DNA from: a virus
DNA length: 64,000 nucleotides
IMG/VR virus record: IMGVR_UViG_3300030117_007876
Span: 1-64,000 of that record
Strand: one strand, 5' to 3'
The notes beneath the pieces are model-generated. The model was not told where the DNA came from, searched no databases, and saw only the letters and a program-made list of their open reading frames with translations. Shown here piece by piece: positions 39,639 through 48,519 of the stretch; the first letter of the stretch is position 1, and the number at the start of each line of letters is the position of its first letter. A program made the position numbers and the translations under genes.

Positions 39639-40205
39639 ATGAATTTACAAATTTACAAGCCAAACCCTAAAAATACTGGATGCGCTATGAGCTTCCAGAT
39701 TTCTACGCGCCCCGGTAAAGAGCCAGAATTTTATGCAAATTGTGTTTTGCAACATTCTTGGAATAATGAAAAAAAGACGGGATCATTTTCTGGTAGTAGA
39801 AATGACCCGTCGAAAACTATCGCTTTAAAGTTTAACGAGTTTGAATTGGGCGAAATCATAAACAGTTTTACTAATTCTATACCGTATTCTACTTTTCATA
39901 ATTTTTCTTCAAAAACTCAAATTAGATTAACTCCTTACGAAAAAACTAGAGGTAAAGGAGATTTTGCTGTTCAATGCCAAGCTTTCGGCATGACTTTAGT
40001 TAGAGATGGTGCTGATACATTTAAAGTTCCTTTCGACCCCGGCGAAGCTGTTAGGTTGACAGCTTTAATTAATAAATACTTTTCTATTCTTGATGATTAC
40101 AGACTCGAAGAGCAGAAAAAATATCAAAAATCAAAACCCTCCTCAAAACCAGCTTCAACACCTTCAAAACCTCAAAATGAAGCTAAAGAAGAATACGAAT
40201 TTTAA
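39639..40205 (+). CDS. Hypothetical protein, possible ssDNA-binding protein
   Basis: Beta-rich core, Pro/Ser linker and acidic-aromatic tail (KEEYEF); TTGAAA...TATAAT promoter upstream. Confidence 0.45.
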   Translation: MNLQIYKPNPKNTGCAMSFQISTRPGKEPEFYANCVLQHSWNNEKKTGSFSGSRNDPSKTIALKFNEFELGEIINSFTNSIPYSTFHNFSSKTQIRLTPYEKTRGKGDFAVQCQAFGMTLVRDGADTFKVPFDPGEAVRLTALINKYFSILDDYRLEEQKKYQKSKPSSKPASTPSKPQNEAKEEYEF

Positions 40206-40211
40206 TTAATT

Positions 40212-40283
40212 TTGTGCTGCAAGAATATTTCACCAGATCAATACGCTAGACGTATTTCACCATCTTAATATTAAGCAGCGCAA
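40212..40283 (+). ncRNA. Dispersed dual-guide stem-loop unit (segments CCAGA / CCATC)
   Basis: ttgtgctgc..aatat-TTCA-ccaga-TCA-atacg-ctaga-cgtat-TTCA-ccatc-TTA-atatt..gcagcgcaa. Confidence 0.8.
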
Positions 40284-40292
40284 TTATTTTTC

Positions 40293-42188
40293 ATGAAAAA
40301 GAAAAAGATATTAATTCATAGTAATTTTTGTAAAATGTTTACTGGTTTTGGTAAGCATAAAAAAAATCTATTAAAGTATTTATACAAAACCGGTAAGTAC
40401 GATATCGTAGAATTAAGTAATGGATTTGCTTGGAGCGACGAAAGATTAAAATATACTCCTTGGGAAAACTATGGAACTTTGCCCGATGATCCAGAAACCC
40501 AAAAAGAAATAACTTCAGATGAATTAAGAAAAAATGCTGCGGGTTACGGAGCAGAAAAAATAGATGAAGCAATTGAAAAATTTAATCCTGATATTTATTT
40601 AGGCATTGAAGATGTTTGGGCGTTTAGAAACTTCTTTGAAAAACCTTGGTGGAATAAAATTCATTGCATTATTCATACTACGTTAGATAGTTTGCCTATT
40701 TTAAAAGATGCTGTAGAAGCTGCACCTAAAATAAAAAATTACTTTGTGTGGTCTTCTTTCGCTGAAAAAGCTTTGCATAAATTAGGCTATAAACATGTAA
40801 AAACTGTACACGGATCACTCGAAGTTGAAAACTTTTTCAAAATACCAGATGATTTAAGATCAAAACTTAGAAAATATTTTCATACAGAAGATAGTTTTAT
40901 TATAGGTTTTGTATTCAGAAATCAATTAAGAAAATCTGTTCCTAATTTATTAGATGGATTTAAACTTTTTATAGAAAAATACCCAAAATCAAAAGCTAAA
41001 CTATTGCTACATACGCACTGGAGCGAAGGTTGGGACATACCTAAATTATTAAAAGAAAAAGATATAGATAGTAATCTGGTATTAACAACTTATAGATGCA
41101 AAAACTGTTTTCGGTATCATGTAAAACCTTTTGTTGGTCAAAACATTAAATGTGATTTTTGTAACCACCCAAACGCTTCAGAAACAGCTAATATTAAAAA
41201 TGGTATTGATGAAAAACAATTAAACGAAGTATATAATCTTATGGATGTTTACTGTCATCCATTTACTTCTGGAGGCCAAGAGATACCTGTTCAAGAAGCT
41301 AAATTAACTGAATTAATAACTTTAGTAACTGATTATAGTTGCGGAGAAGATTGCTCAACAGAAGAAAGTGGAGGTTTGCCTTTAGATTGGGCAGAGTATA
41401 GAGAACCCGGGACTCAATTTATAAAAGCTTCTACCGCACCAACTTCTATTTTTAAACAGCTTGAAAAAGTTTACTTGATGGATAAGAAAGAAAAAAATGC
41501 TACCGGCAAAAAAGCTCGTCAATTTGTAATCGATAATTATAGCGTAGAAACAATAGGTAAATACTTCGAAGATTTATTTGATAATTTTCCCGAAGTGGAT
41601 AGAAACTTTGATAATTCTAAAAAAATTACAGATATTTATTTTCAACCTGATGATTCATTAGATGATAAAAAATGGGTGGAAAGTTTGTATTCTAATATCT
41701 TAGGAAGAACAGATGAAAGAGGAGTTGAGCATTGGGTTAAAAGATTGAAAGCAGATTTAAAAAGGGCAATGGTTTTATCTTATTTTAAAAAAGTAGCTTT
41801 AAACGAACAACAACAAGAAGAAATTAAAAACTTAAAAAAAGAATTCAGCAAAACCCCTGACCAAAAAAGAATAGCTTTTATACAACCAAAATCAGAAGAA
41901 GAAGTAATTGCGTGTTCTTCTTTATTACCCTCAATAAAAAAACAATACCCCGATCATAAAATATATTTCTTCACTGATGCAAAGAATTTTGATTTAATCA
42001 ATTCTCATCCTGATATTGAAAAAGTTATGCATTATTCTGAAAAAATCGCAGACCCTTTATCTCTTGAAGGCAAAGGAGATAAAGAAAAAATCTTTGATAT
42101 AGTTTTTGCGCCTCACTTATCCATAAGAAATAATTTTTCAAGAAATTGCAACGACAAAATACAATACAAAATTTATGAATCTAACTGA
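40293..42188 (+). CDS. Multi-domain glycosyltransferase (GT4-like with CxxC insert and C-terminal extension)
   Basis: TGFG, FRNQLRKS, GGQEIPVQEAKL; CKNC...CDFC; YSNILGR.DERGVEHW (DUF4214-like). Confidence 0.75.
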   Translation: MKKKKILIHSNFCKMFTGFGKHKKNLLKYLYKTGKYDIVELSNGFAWSDERLKYTPWENYGTLPDDPETQKEITSDELRKNAAGYGAEKIDEAIEKFNPDIYLGIEDVWAFRNFFEKPWWNKIHCIIHTTLDSLPILKDAVEAAPKIKNYFVWSSFAEKALHKLGYKHVKTVHGSLEVENFFKIPDDLRSKLRKYFHTEDSFIIGFVFRNQLRKSVPNLLDGFKLFIEKYPKSKAKLLLHTHWSEGWDIPKLLKEKDIDSNLVLTTYRCKNCFRYHVKPFVGQNIKCDFCNHPNASETANIKNGIDEKQLNEVYNLMDVYCHPFTSGGQEIPVQEAKLTELITLVTDYSCGEDCSTEESGGLPLDWAEYREPGTQFIKASTAPTSIFKQLEKVYLMDKKEKNATGKKARQFVIDNYSVETIGKYFEDLFDNFPEVDRNFDNSKKITDIYFQPDDSLDDKKWVESLYSNILGRTDERGVEHWVKRLKADLKRAMVLSYFKKVALNEQQQEEIKNLKKEFSKTPDQKRIAFIQPKSEEEVIACSSLLPSIKKQYPDHKIYFFTDAKNFDLINSHPDIEKVMHYSEKIADPLSLEGKGDKEKIFDIVFAPHLSIRNNFSRNCNDKIQYKIYESN

Positions 42189-43353
42189 AAAAATGGCGTT
42201 AGATTGCGCCGTAAAAATATCTGAACCTTTTGTTGATTTATTCTTTTTCCCCATCCAAAGCGATAATTTTATTATTTTTGATACAAGATCTAGATATGCT
42301 TTTGGAACATACGATTTTTATCAAGATGTTCTTAGCATGATAAGCGGTTATCTTGAAGAAAACGATATTCAAGTTCTTCAGTTCGCAAACGATGATTCTT
42401 ATAAATTGACAGGAGATAAATGTTTTATTAATATAAATAAAAAGCAAGAAGCGTATCTGATATCAAAATGCAAATTAATAGTTTGTAATGAAAATTATTC
42501 TTTATACAGTGCTGCCGCTTTAAATAAAAAATCTATAGGACTTTACTCTGTTTTTGATTCTAGAAATACAGCTCCTGTTTGGAATAAAGAGTCTCAAGTT
42601 ATAATAGAATCTTCTAGAGACGGAAATAAACCAGCGTATAACCAGCTCTCAGAAAAACCTAAAACTATTAACTTTATTGATCCTTATGAAGTTGCCTCTG
42701 AAATATTAAATAATTTAGGCATTGAGCATGATTTGAATAAATACGAACTTTTACATCTTGGCGAAAATTACAACCAGAAGATAATTGAAATCATACCCGA
42801 CTTCACAAGTCAAACGAGTTTCCTACAAGGAACTTCAATCAATTTAAGATTAGATTTAGTTGACAACCTTAAAGGTGAAATCTTTCAATACTGGATGTCA
42901 AATAGAAAAGTGAATTTAATAACTGATCAAGATTTAAACATGCAATTGCTTAAAAGTTTTCAAAAAAATATTTTGAGTTTGACTATCATGGTCACAGATA
43001 AAATATCAGAAGCGTTTTTAAAAGCATGTAAGTCTTTAGGTTTAAAGATCAAACTTTATTGCGCAGACAAGAAAAAAATAAATGATTATAGATTTAAGTT
43101 TTTAGATTGGAATATCGAAAAAGATTTTAATGATGATCTTTATTTAGAAAAAATTGAAAATATTAAAAAATCTTCCAAATACGTTAGCTCTAAAATTATT
43201 TTTTCTAAAGGCCAAAAATACGCATCTAAAGCTTCATTTTTAAATAAAGATACACTTGACAAAGATGGAAATGATGTTATTCTTTCAGAAGAATTCGAAG
43301 AAGAATTAGATTATTTCAAAATTTACAATGAACATCCCCCAGAAGCGAAATGA
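42175..43353 (+). CDS. Hypothetical protein, GT9-like N-terminus
   Basis: AYLISKCKLIVCNE...AAALNKKSIGLYS pattern. Confidence 0.5.
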   Translation: MNLTEKMALDCAVKISEPFVDLFFFPIQSDNFIIFDTRSRYAFGTYDFYQDVLSMISGYLEENDIQVLQFANDDSYKLTGDKCFININKKQEAYLISKCKLIVCNENYSLYSAAALNKKSIGLYSVFDSRNTAPVWNKESQVIIESSRDGNKPAYNQLSEKPKTINFIDPYEVASEILNNLGIEHDLNKYELLHLGENYNQKIIEIIPDFTSQTSFLQGTSINLRLDLVDNLKGEIFQYWMSNRKVNLITDQDLNMQLLKSFQKNILSLTIMVTDKISEAFLKACKSLGLKIKLYCADKKKINDYRFKFLDWNIEKDFNDDLYLEKIENIKKSSKYVSSKIIFSKGQKYASKASFLNKDTLDKDGNDVILSEEFEEELDYFKIYNEHPPEAK

Positions 43354-44065
43354 GTTTGGTCTTACAGAAGGAGTTATTCACGCTTATCATGAAGATGGCA
43401 CAATAAATTGGAGAGCTATGATTGCCCCTGAACACCTTTACCCAAATAAAGGTTGGTTCGAAAGCAGAAGCAAACCAATGCCAAATTCCATAGAAGGTTT
43501 AGAAGACTCTCAACTTTTAATTAAACTTTCTGGAATTAAAGAGTTAGCAAAATTAAGAGGTTTCACGAATATAAAATATGAAATCATCAAATGCAACTTA
43601 GATCACGTAGCCGTTAAGTGCGAAATAGACTGGATTCCTAATTTTGAATCAAATGATGCCCCTGTCCACTTCGAAGATGTTGCAAGCGCTACAGTATACA
43701 ACACAAATAGTTTTGCTCAAAAATTTTTAGAAACTATAGCAACAAACAGAGCTTTTGTCAGATGTGTTAGAAACTTTTTGAATATTCATATTGTTGGAGC
43801 AGATGAGATTTATGACTCTAAGAAAGTTGCCACAAATATACATCATGAAGAAGAAAAAGAAGTTTCCCTCCCCTCTTCTCAAGACATGCTTGAGAAAGTA
43901 GCTATATCTAACGGTATCGAAAGTTTTGATGATTTTATTGAGCATTTAAGAAAATTATACAGATCGAAGACGTATGTAAATGATGATGCCGGTTCTTGGA
44001 CTTGTTATTCTGAAGTTCCAGCTAAAGAAGCTAGAACAATTTTAGCAATCTTAAAAAATGATTAA
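43328..44065 (+). CDS. Possible Rad52/Sak-like single-strand annealing protein
   Basis: GIKELA...AVKCEI...ETIATNRAFVRCVRNFLNI resembles annealase cores. Confidence 0.4.
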   Translation: MNIPQKRNEFGLTEGVIHAYHEDGTINWRAMIAPEHLYPNKGWFESRSKPMPNSIEGLEDSQLLIKLSGIKELAKLRGFTNIKYEIIKCNLDHVAVKCEIDWIPNFESNDAPVHFEDVASATVYNTNSFAQKFLETIATNRAFVRCVRNFLNIHIVGADEIYDSKKVATNIHHEEEKEVSLPSSQDMLEKVAISNGIESFDDFIEHLRKLYRSKTYVNDDAGSWTCYSEVPAKEARTILAILKND

Positions 44066-44071
44066 AACAAT

Positions 44072-44500
44072 ATGCAAATAGAAATTAAAAAACTTTCCGA
44101 AAACGCCATAATTCCAACTCAAGGATCTCATTATGCTGCTGGTTATGATTTACATGCAGCTGAAAAAGGAATCGTTTATTCTGAATGCAGACTTTTAATT
44201 AAAACTAATATTTCTGTTTCTATTCCTGACGGGTATTACGGAAGGATTGCGCCTCGTTCTGGCCTTGCATATAAAAGCGGTATTGATGTAATGGCCGGTG
44301 TAATTGATGCAGATTACCGTGGAGATATTGGAGTTATTTTGTATAATACAGATGTAGCAGATTTTGAGTTTCAAAAAGGAGATAGAATAGCTCAATTAAT
44401 TATTGAAAAATGCCATAAAGTTGAGTGGAAAGAAACAGAAGAGCTGGAAGATTCTGTTAGATCTGCTGGAGGCTTTGGTTCTACCGGCGTAAAAAAATGA
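44072..44500 (+). CDS. dut: dUTPase (trimeric)
   Basis: AAGYDL, RIAPRSGLA, GVIDADYRG, GDRIAQL, RSAGGFGSTG. Confidence 0.96.
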   Translation: MQIEIKKLSENAIIPTQGSHYAAGYDLHAAEKGIVYSECRLLIKTNISVSIPDGYYGRIAPRSGLAYKSGIDVMAGVIDADYRGDIGVILYNTDVADFEFQKGDRIAQLIIEKCHKVEWKETEELEDSVRSAGGFGSTGVKK

Positions 44501-44757
44501 AAGAAAACCATCTTAAAAAAATACTAGATAAACAATTTAAAATCGCTAAAGTTGATTTTAAATATGAAGATCTGTGCGAAAACAAAGTTCCTAATTGGAG
44601 AAAGAAATATTCGTATACGTCTAACGATAATAAAAAATGGAAAACTTGGACTCAAAAATATATGAAAGAAAAGCTTAAACTAACTAAAGATAAAGCTTTT
44701 ATACAAACAGCTTGGCTAGATCAAAATTACGGTTTAAAAATAAAAAATGATTTATAA
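44497..44757 (+). CDS. Hypothetical protein
   Basis: ORF overlapping dut stop. Confidence 0.6.
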   Translation: MKENHLKKILDKQFKIAKVDFKYEDLCENKVPNWRKKYSYTSNDNKKWKTWTQKYMKEKLKLTKDKAFIQTAWLDQNYGLKIKNDL

Positions 44758-44760
44758 TTA

Positions 44761-44934
44761 ATGGTTTCTTCTCCATGTACTGGTTTTTGCAAATTCAAAA
44801 ATGATGTTTGCAAAGTGTGCTGGAGAACAAAAGAACATCTTTTAAATTGGCCTCGATATACAGAAGAAGAAAGACTTCAAATAATGAGCGAATTGGAAGC
44901 GAATAAAAAACATGAACGCAGGAAAAGGAGATAA
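44761..44934 (+). CDS. DUF1289-like small Cys-rich protein (not in ORF track)
   Basis: MVSSPCTGFCKFKNDVCKVCWRT...NWPRYTEEER. Confidence 0.7.
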   Translation: MVSSPCTGFCKFKNDVCKVCWRTKEHLLNWPRYTEEERLQIMSELEANKKHERRKRR

Positions 44935-45091
44935 GCCAAGGAACTGTTTTAGCAAAAAATATAAAAATAATTACGAAAATATTAATTGGAGTGAAAGCGA
45001 CAATACTGAAAAAAAAATTTGCTCCGCTTGTAAGGATGTGGTATTTTATTCCTTGAAAGTTTGCAGAAGTTGCGGATATGAAATTAGATAA
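44912..45091 (+). CDS. Small Zn-ribbon protein (not in ORF track)
   Basis: MNAGKGDKPR...CSAC...CRSCG. Confidence 0.55.
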   Translation: MNAGKGDKPRNCFSKKYKNNYENINWSESDNTEKKICSACKDVVFYSLKVCRSCGYEIR

Positions 45092-45281
45092 AATATTGAA
45101 AAAATACAGGGAAAAATCGGAGCAAAACTTAGAGAAGTCATTAAGAGAATACTGGACTTGTCAATATTGTGGCGAAGATACTTCGAAAGAGTTAAAAAGT
45201 GAATTATGTGGGACAGATCATTGGGATTGCATTATGAATGCAATTATTTTAGATGATAAAAAAATAGATAATGAACAATAA
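45078..45281 (+). CDS. Small hypothetical Cys/His protein
   Basis: CQYC...HWDC. Confidence 0.55.
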   Translation: MKLDKILKKYREKSEQNLEKSLREYWTCQYCGEDTSKELKSELCGTDHWDCIMNAIILDDKKIDNEQ

Positions 45282-45891
45282 AGTTGAATTAATTGGTTAT
45301 TACGGAGATGACCTTGTTCACGCTTGCTCAGCTTGGACTTCAACAAGTAGAGATTTAAATGAAGACAAAATTAAAAGAGTGGGTAAGCTCCTTGATATGC
45401 TTGCTAGCAATGGTCACCATACTCCTTTTGAAAAGTCTTCTCTTCATTTTCTTGTGGATACTGACATTGCTAGTCACATCCACTTGCTTAAGCATCGCAT
45501 TGGTGTCTCTATTAACGGAGAAAGCGCAAGATATAAAGAAATCAAAGAAGACAAATATATTATCCCAGAAGATTGGCCCACAAAATGGCAAGAAAAATTG
45601 CGAGATTATTCAAATCAAGGAAATGAATTGTATCACGAAATCATCAAAGATCTTGAAGAATCACTTGGAAGAAAACGAGTAAAAGAGTCAGCTAGATTTT
45701 TTAAAACATACAATTCACAAATTTGTGCAGATGTTATGTTTAATTGGAGATCTTTTTATCATTTTTTAAATTTAAGAAATAAACCTGATGCTCAAAAAGA
45801 AATTAGAGATATAGCGTCTGAGATGCTTAATATTGTAAAAAGTATTGAATGTAATCCTTTTGAACATACAATAAAAGCCTTTAAACTTTAA
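45271..45891 (+). CDS. thyX: Flavin-dependent thymidylate synthase
   Basis: GHHTPFE, HLLKHR...SINGESARY, NWRSFYHFLNLR...AQKEIR. Confidence 0.93.
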   Translation: MNNKVELIGYYGDDLVHACSAWTSTSRDLNEDKIKRVGKLLDMLASNGHHTPFEKSSLHFLVDTDIASHIHLLKHRIGVSINGESARYKEIKEDKYIIPEDWPTKWQEKLRDYSNQGNELYHEIIKDLEESLGRKRVKESARFFKTYNSQICADVMFNWRSFYHFLNLRNKPDAQKEIRDIASEMLNIVKSIECNPFEHTIKAFKL

Positions 45892-45923
45892 TTCCCCCCC
45901 ACTCAGGTAACCCAAGCAGCATG

Positions 45924-45953
45924 AAGCCACCCTCTTTTTAGGGGGTGGCTTTT
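45924..45953 (+). terminator. Rho-independent terminator
   Basis: aagccaccctc...gggggtggctt hairpin followed by T run. Confidence 0.8.
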
Positions 45954-45988
45954 CTTTGTATGGCAGTTTTTGTGTAAATAATATTGAT

Positions 45989-46420
45989 ATGGTACCTCCA
46001 GAATTAATATCTATGGCATTTGGAAGTCTTTCTGGGTTCGTATTTAAATTTATGGCCCAGAGAGCTAAAGAAAAAGCTGAAATGCTTAAAATGGCTCTTA
46101 AAACACAAGAAGCAAATGAGAACGCTCATAATGCTGCCGTTCAACGCGTATCTGTGGATGGTGGTAAATGGGTTAGACGATTAATAGTTGTGTCAACTTT
46201 ATTTGGCGTAATTATCGCTCCATTTTTCTTAGCGCTCTTAAATGAGCCGTTATATGTACAAATAACAGAGACTAAAAAATCATTTTTATTTGGTTTATTT
46301 GGTGGAGGAACAGATAATTATTTTGTAAGAGTTGATGGATATTTAATGATACCTGAAGTTAGACAAACTTTAACAGCCATAGTTGGATTTTATTTTGGCA
46401 GCTCAGTAGTAAAGTCATGA
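45989..46420 (+). CDS. Membrane protein (possible holin-like)
   Basis: Hydrophobic segments, C-terminal AIVGFYFGSS; GTGTAA 17 nt upstream. Confidence 0.5.
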   Translation: MVPPELISMAFGSLSGFVFKFMAQRAKEKAEMLKMALKTQEANENAHNAAVQRVSVDGGKWVRRLIVVSTLFGVIIAPFFLALLNEPLYVQITETKKSFLFGLFGGGTDNYFVRVDGYLMIPEVRQTLTAIVGFYFGSSVVKS

Positions 46421-46677
46421 CTAAATATATCATTTTAACATTAACGATATTTTTGTTTTGCTCTTGTTCCACAATAAGAGGTTTTAAAAAAAATGATTCT
46501 AGAATAAATATTCCTAAAAAAGCTGAAGCTCAAAATAGATTTCTTAAATCAGCTGATGAAAAACCTAATTCACAAAAACAAGTTTTATCTCCGCAAGCAT
46601 TTACAAAATGGACTTTATTTTCAAGTGCAGGAAGTTTTATAGTCTTTCAATTTTTAAGGTGGAAACACATAGTATAA
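46417..46677 (+). CDS. Putative lipoprotein/membrane protein
   Basis: Signal-like N-terminus with LFCSC lipobox-like site. Confidence 0.45.
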   Translation: MTKYIILTLTIFLFCSCSTIRGFKKNDSRINIPKKAEAQNRFLKSADEKPNSQKQVLSPQAFTKWTLFSSAGSFIVFQFLRWKHIV

Positions 46678-46678
46678 T

Positions 46679-47470
46679 ATGAATAATTTCTGGAACTCTT
46701 TAAAATATATATTTTCAGCCAGCTATCGAGAAAAAATAAAAAACGAATTGATTAAAAAAGAAAAGATGGTTAAAGAAATAGCTAAAAAAAATACCTATCT
46801 CGAACATGCAGCTAAAATACTTCGTCACGACATGCATAGTGGTATAAATACTTATATACCCAGAGGCTTAAGCTCTTTAAAAAGAAGAATACCTGAAGAA
46901 TTTATTTTGGAGCATAAATTACAAGCTCCTTTAAAAATGCTAGAAGAAGGGTTAAAGCACACTCAAAAAGTTTATAGAGGTGTGTATGAATTCACGAACT
47001 TAGTTAGAGAAGGAAATGTTTTAAGTACAGAAAAGCTTAATTTGCAAGATATTATTTTAGATTATTTGGGTAACACATCTTACTCTGATCAAGTTTTAGT
47101 TAATGTCCTTCCAAGCGTAGAAGTTAACGAATCTCTTTTTTGCACAGCGATAGATAATTTAATTCGAAACGGACTTAAATATAATGATTCAAAAGCTAAA
47201 AAAGTAGAAATATTTTACAGCAAAAGTACTCACGATTTATTTATAGAAGATAATGGTCGAGGTTTAACTCAAAAAGACTTTTTAAAACTAACACAAGCTT
47301 ATGTAAGAAAAGAAGATCAAAAAGAGTCTGGGTCAGGGTTAGGACTAAATATATGCACAGCTATATTAGAACAACATAAATTTAAAATTTCTTGTGAAAA
47401 ACTTCCATCACCTTATACAGGGACAAGATTTAAAATAGATTTAGGGGACATTTCGGAATATAAAATTTAA
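46679..47470 (+). CDS. Histidine kinase without a recognisable sensor domain
   Basis: H-box ILRHDM, N-box DNLIRNGLKYN, G1 IEDNGRG, G2 GSGLGLNIC. Confidence 0.9.
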   Translation: MNNFWNSLKYIFSASYREKIKNELIKKEKMVKEIAKKNTYLEHAAKILRHDMHSGINTYIPRGLSSLKRRIPEEFILEHKLQAPLKMLEEGLKHTQKVYRGVYEFTNLVREGNVLSTEKLNLQDIILDYLGNTSYSDQVLVNVLPSVEVNESLFCTAIDNLIRNGLKYNDSKAKKVEIFYSKSTHDLFIEDNGRGLTQKDFLKLTQAYVRKEDQKESGSGLGLNICTAILEQHKFKISCEKLPSPYTGTRFKIDLGDISEYKI

Positions 47471-47497
47471 AGTGTAATAAACTACAAGGAACATAAT

Positions 47498-47929
47498 ATG
47501 TTAGATTCAATTTTATTAGTAGATGATGAAAATTTATTTCATTTAGTTTTTGAAGATGCATGTAGCTTGTTAGATATTTCTTTATCTTTGGAAGCTATGA
47601 CTTCAGCTGATGATGCTGAAGTTTATTTTAAAGAGTTAGTAGAAAAAAACCAAAGAAAACCAGATGTAATTTTTGTAGATTTAAACATAATCGGAAGTTC
47701 TTTTGATGGTATAGAGTTGTGTAGAAGAATAAATTATGTTCATGGAGACGGAGTAGTTATAGGCATTATTTCTAGCTCTGACGATGAAGAAGAACAAGCT
47801 AAAGCAGTAAAAGCGGGAGCTCAATTTTGGATTATAAAAAGCGATGAGATTGAACCTAGATTAGAAGAATTTAAAAAAGACTTAGAAAACTACAAGAACC
47901 GAACAGGTTCATTTAAAGTTTATAAATGA
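47498..47929 (+). CDS. Single-domain response regulator (receiver)
   Basis: ILLVDDE, PDVIFVDLN, DGIEL, ISSS, AGAQFWIIK. Confidence 0.9.
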   Translation: MLDSILLVDDENLFHLVFEDACSLLDISLSLEAMTSADDAEVYFKELVEKNQRKPDVIFVDLNIIGSSFDGIELCRRINYVHGDGVVIGIISSSDDEEEQAKAVKAGAQFWIIKSDEIEPRLEEFKKDLENYKNRTGSFKVYK

Positions 47930-48498
47930 TTATTTTAGGGGATGATGCAAAAAAACAACTTATTGATTTAGCTTCAGATAAAAACATTTATCTCGAAGGT
48001 AATATATGCAAACTTATAGATGCGAACGGGGATCTACAATTTTCCACATATCTTCAACAGTCTATTTCTAAAGACAGAGAAAATAGAAAAAAAAGACTGC
48101 AAATCACAAAAACAATCCAAGATCAAAATAAAGAGTTATTAGAATGGAAATCTAATAATGAAAAATTAAACAACGATCTTCAATCTGCTTTAAGCGCCTC
48201 AGAAAAAGCCAAACAGTTAGCTGAAAGCGATTTAGATGTATTGCAGAAAAAAACTCAAAATGAATTAGTAGGAATTATAGTTAAAGTAGCTCTACTAATA
48301 ATATGCTCTGTAGGACTAATTACTTCTATATTATTTTCAATTATATTATTCACGGGAATAGAAAATAAAACTGTAGAATCTTCTTGGAGTAATATGTTCA
48401 GTATATTACTTACTAACAGTTTCAGCATAGTAGGAACAATAATGGGCGTTAAATATGCGGGAAATAAAAATAATAAATGTAATTATTGCAAAAAATAA
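47926..48498 (+). CDS. Coiled-coil protein with two C-terminal transmembrane helices
   Basis: Coiled-coil central part and hydrophobic C-terminus; overlaps receiver stop. Confidence 0.65.
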   Translation: MIILGDDAKKQLIDLASDKNIYLEGNICKLIDANGDLQFSTYLQQSISKDRENRKKRLQITKTIQDQNKELLEWKSNNEKLNNDLQSALSASEKAKQLAESDLDVLQKKTQNELVGIIVKVALLIICSVGLITSILFSIILFTGIENKTVESSWSNMFSILLTNSFSIVGTIMGVKYAGNKNNKCNYCKK

Positions 48499-48519
48499 AC
48501 TGGGAGTGTAAATATAAAT

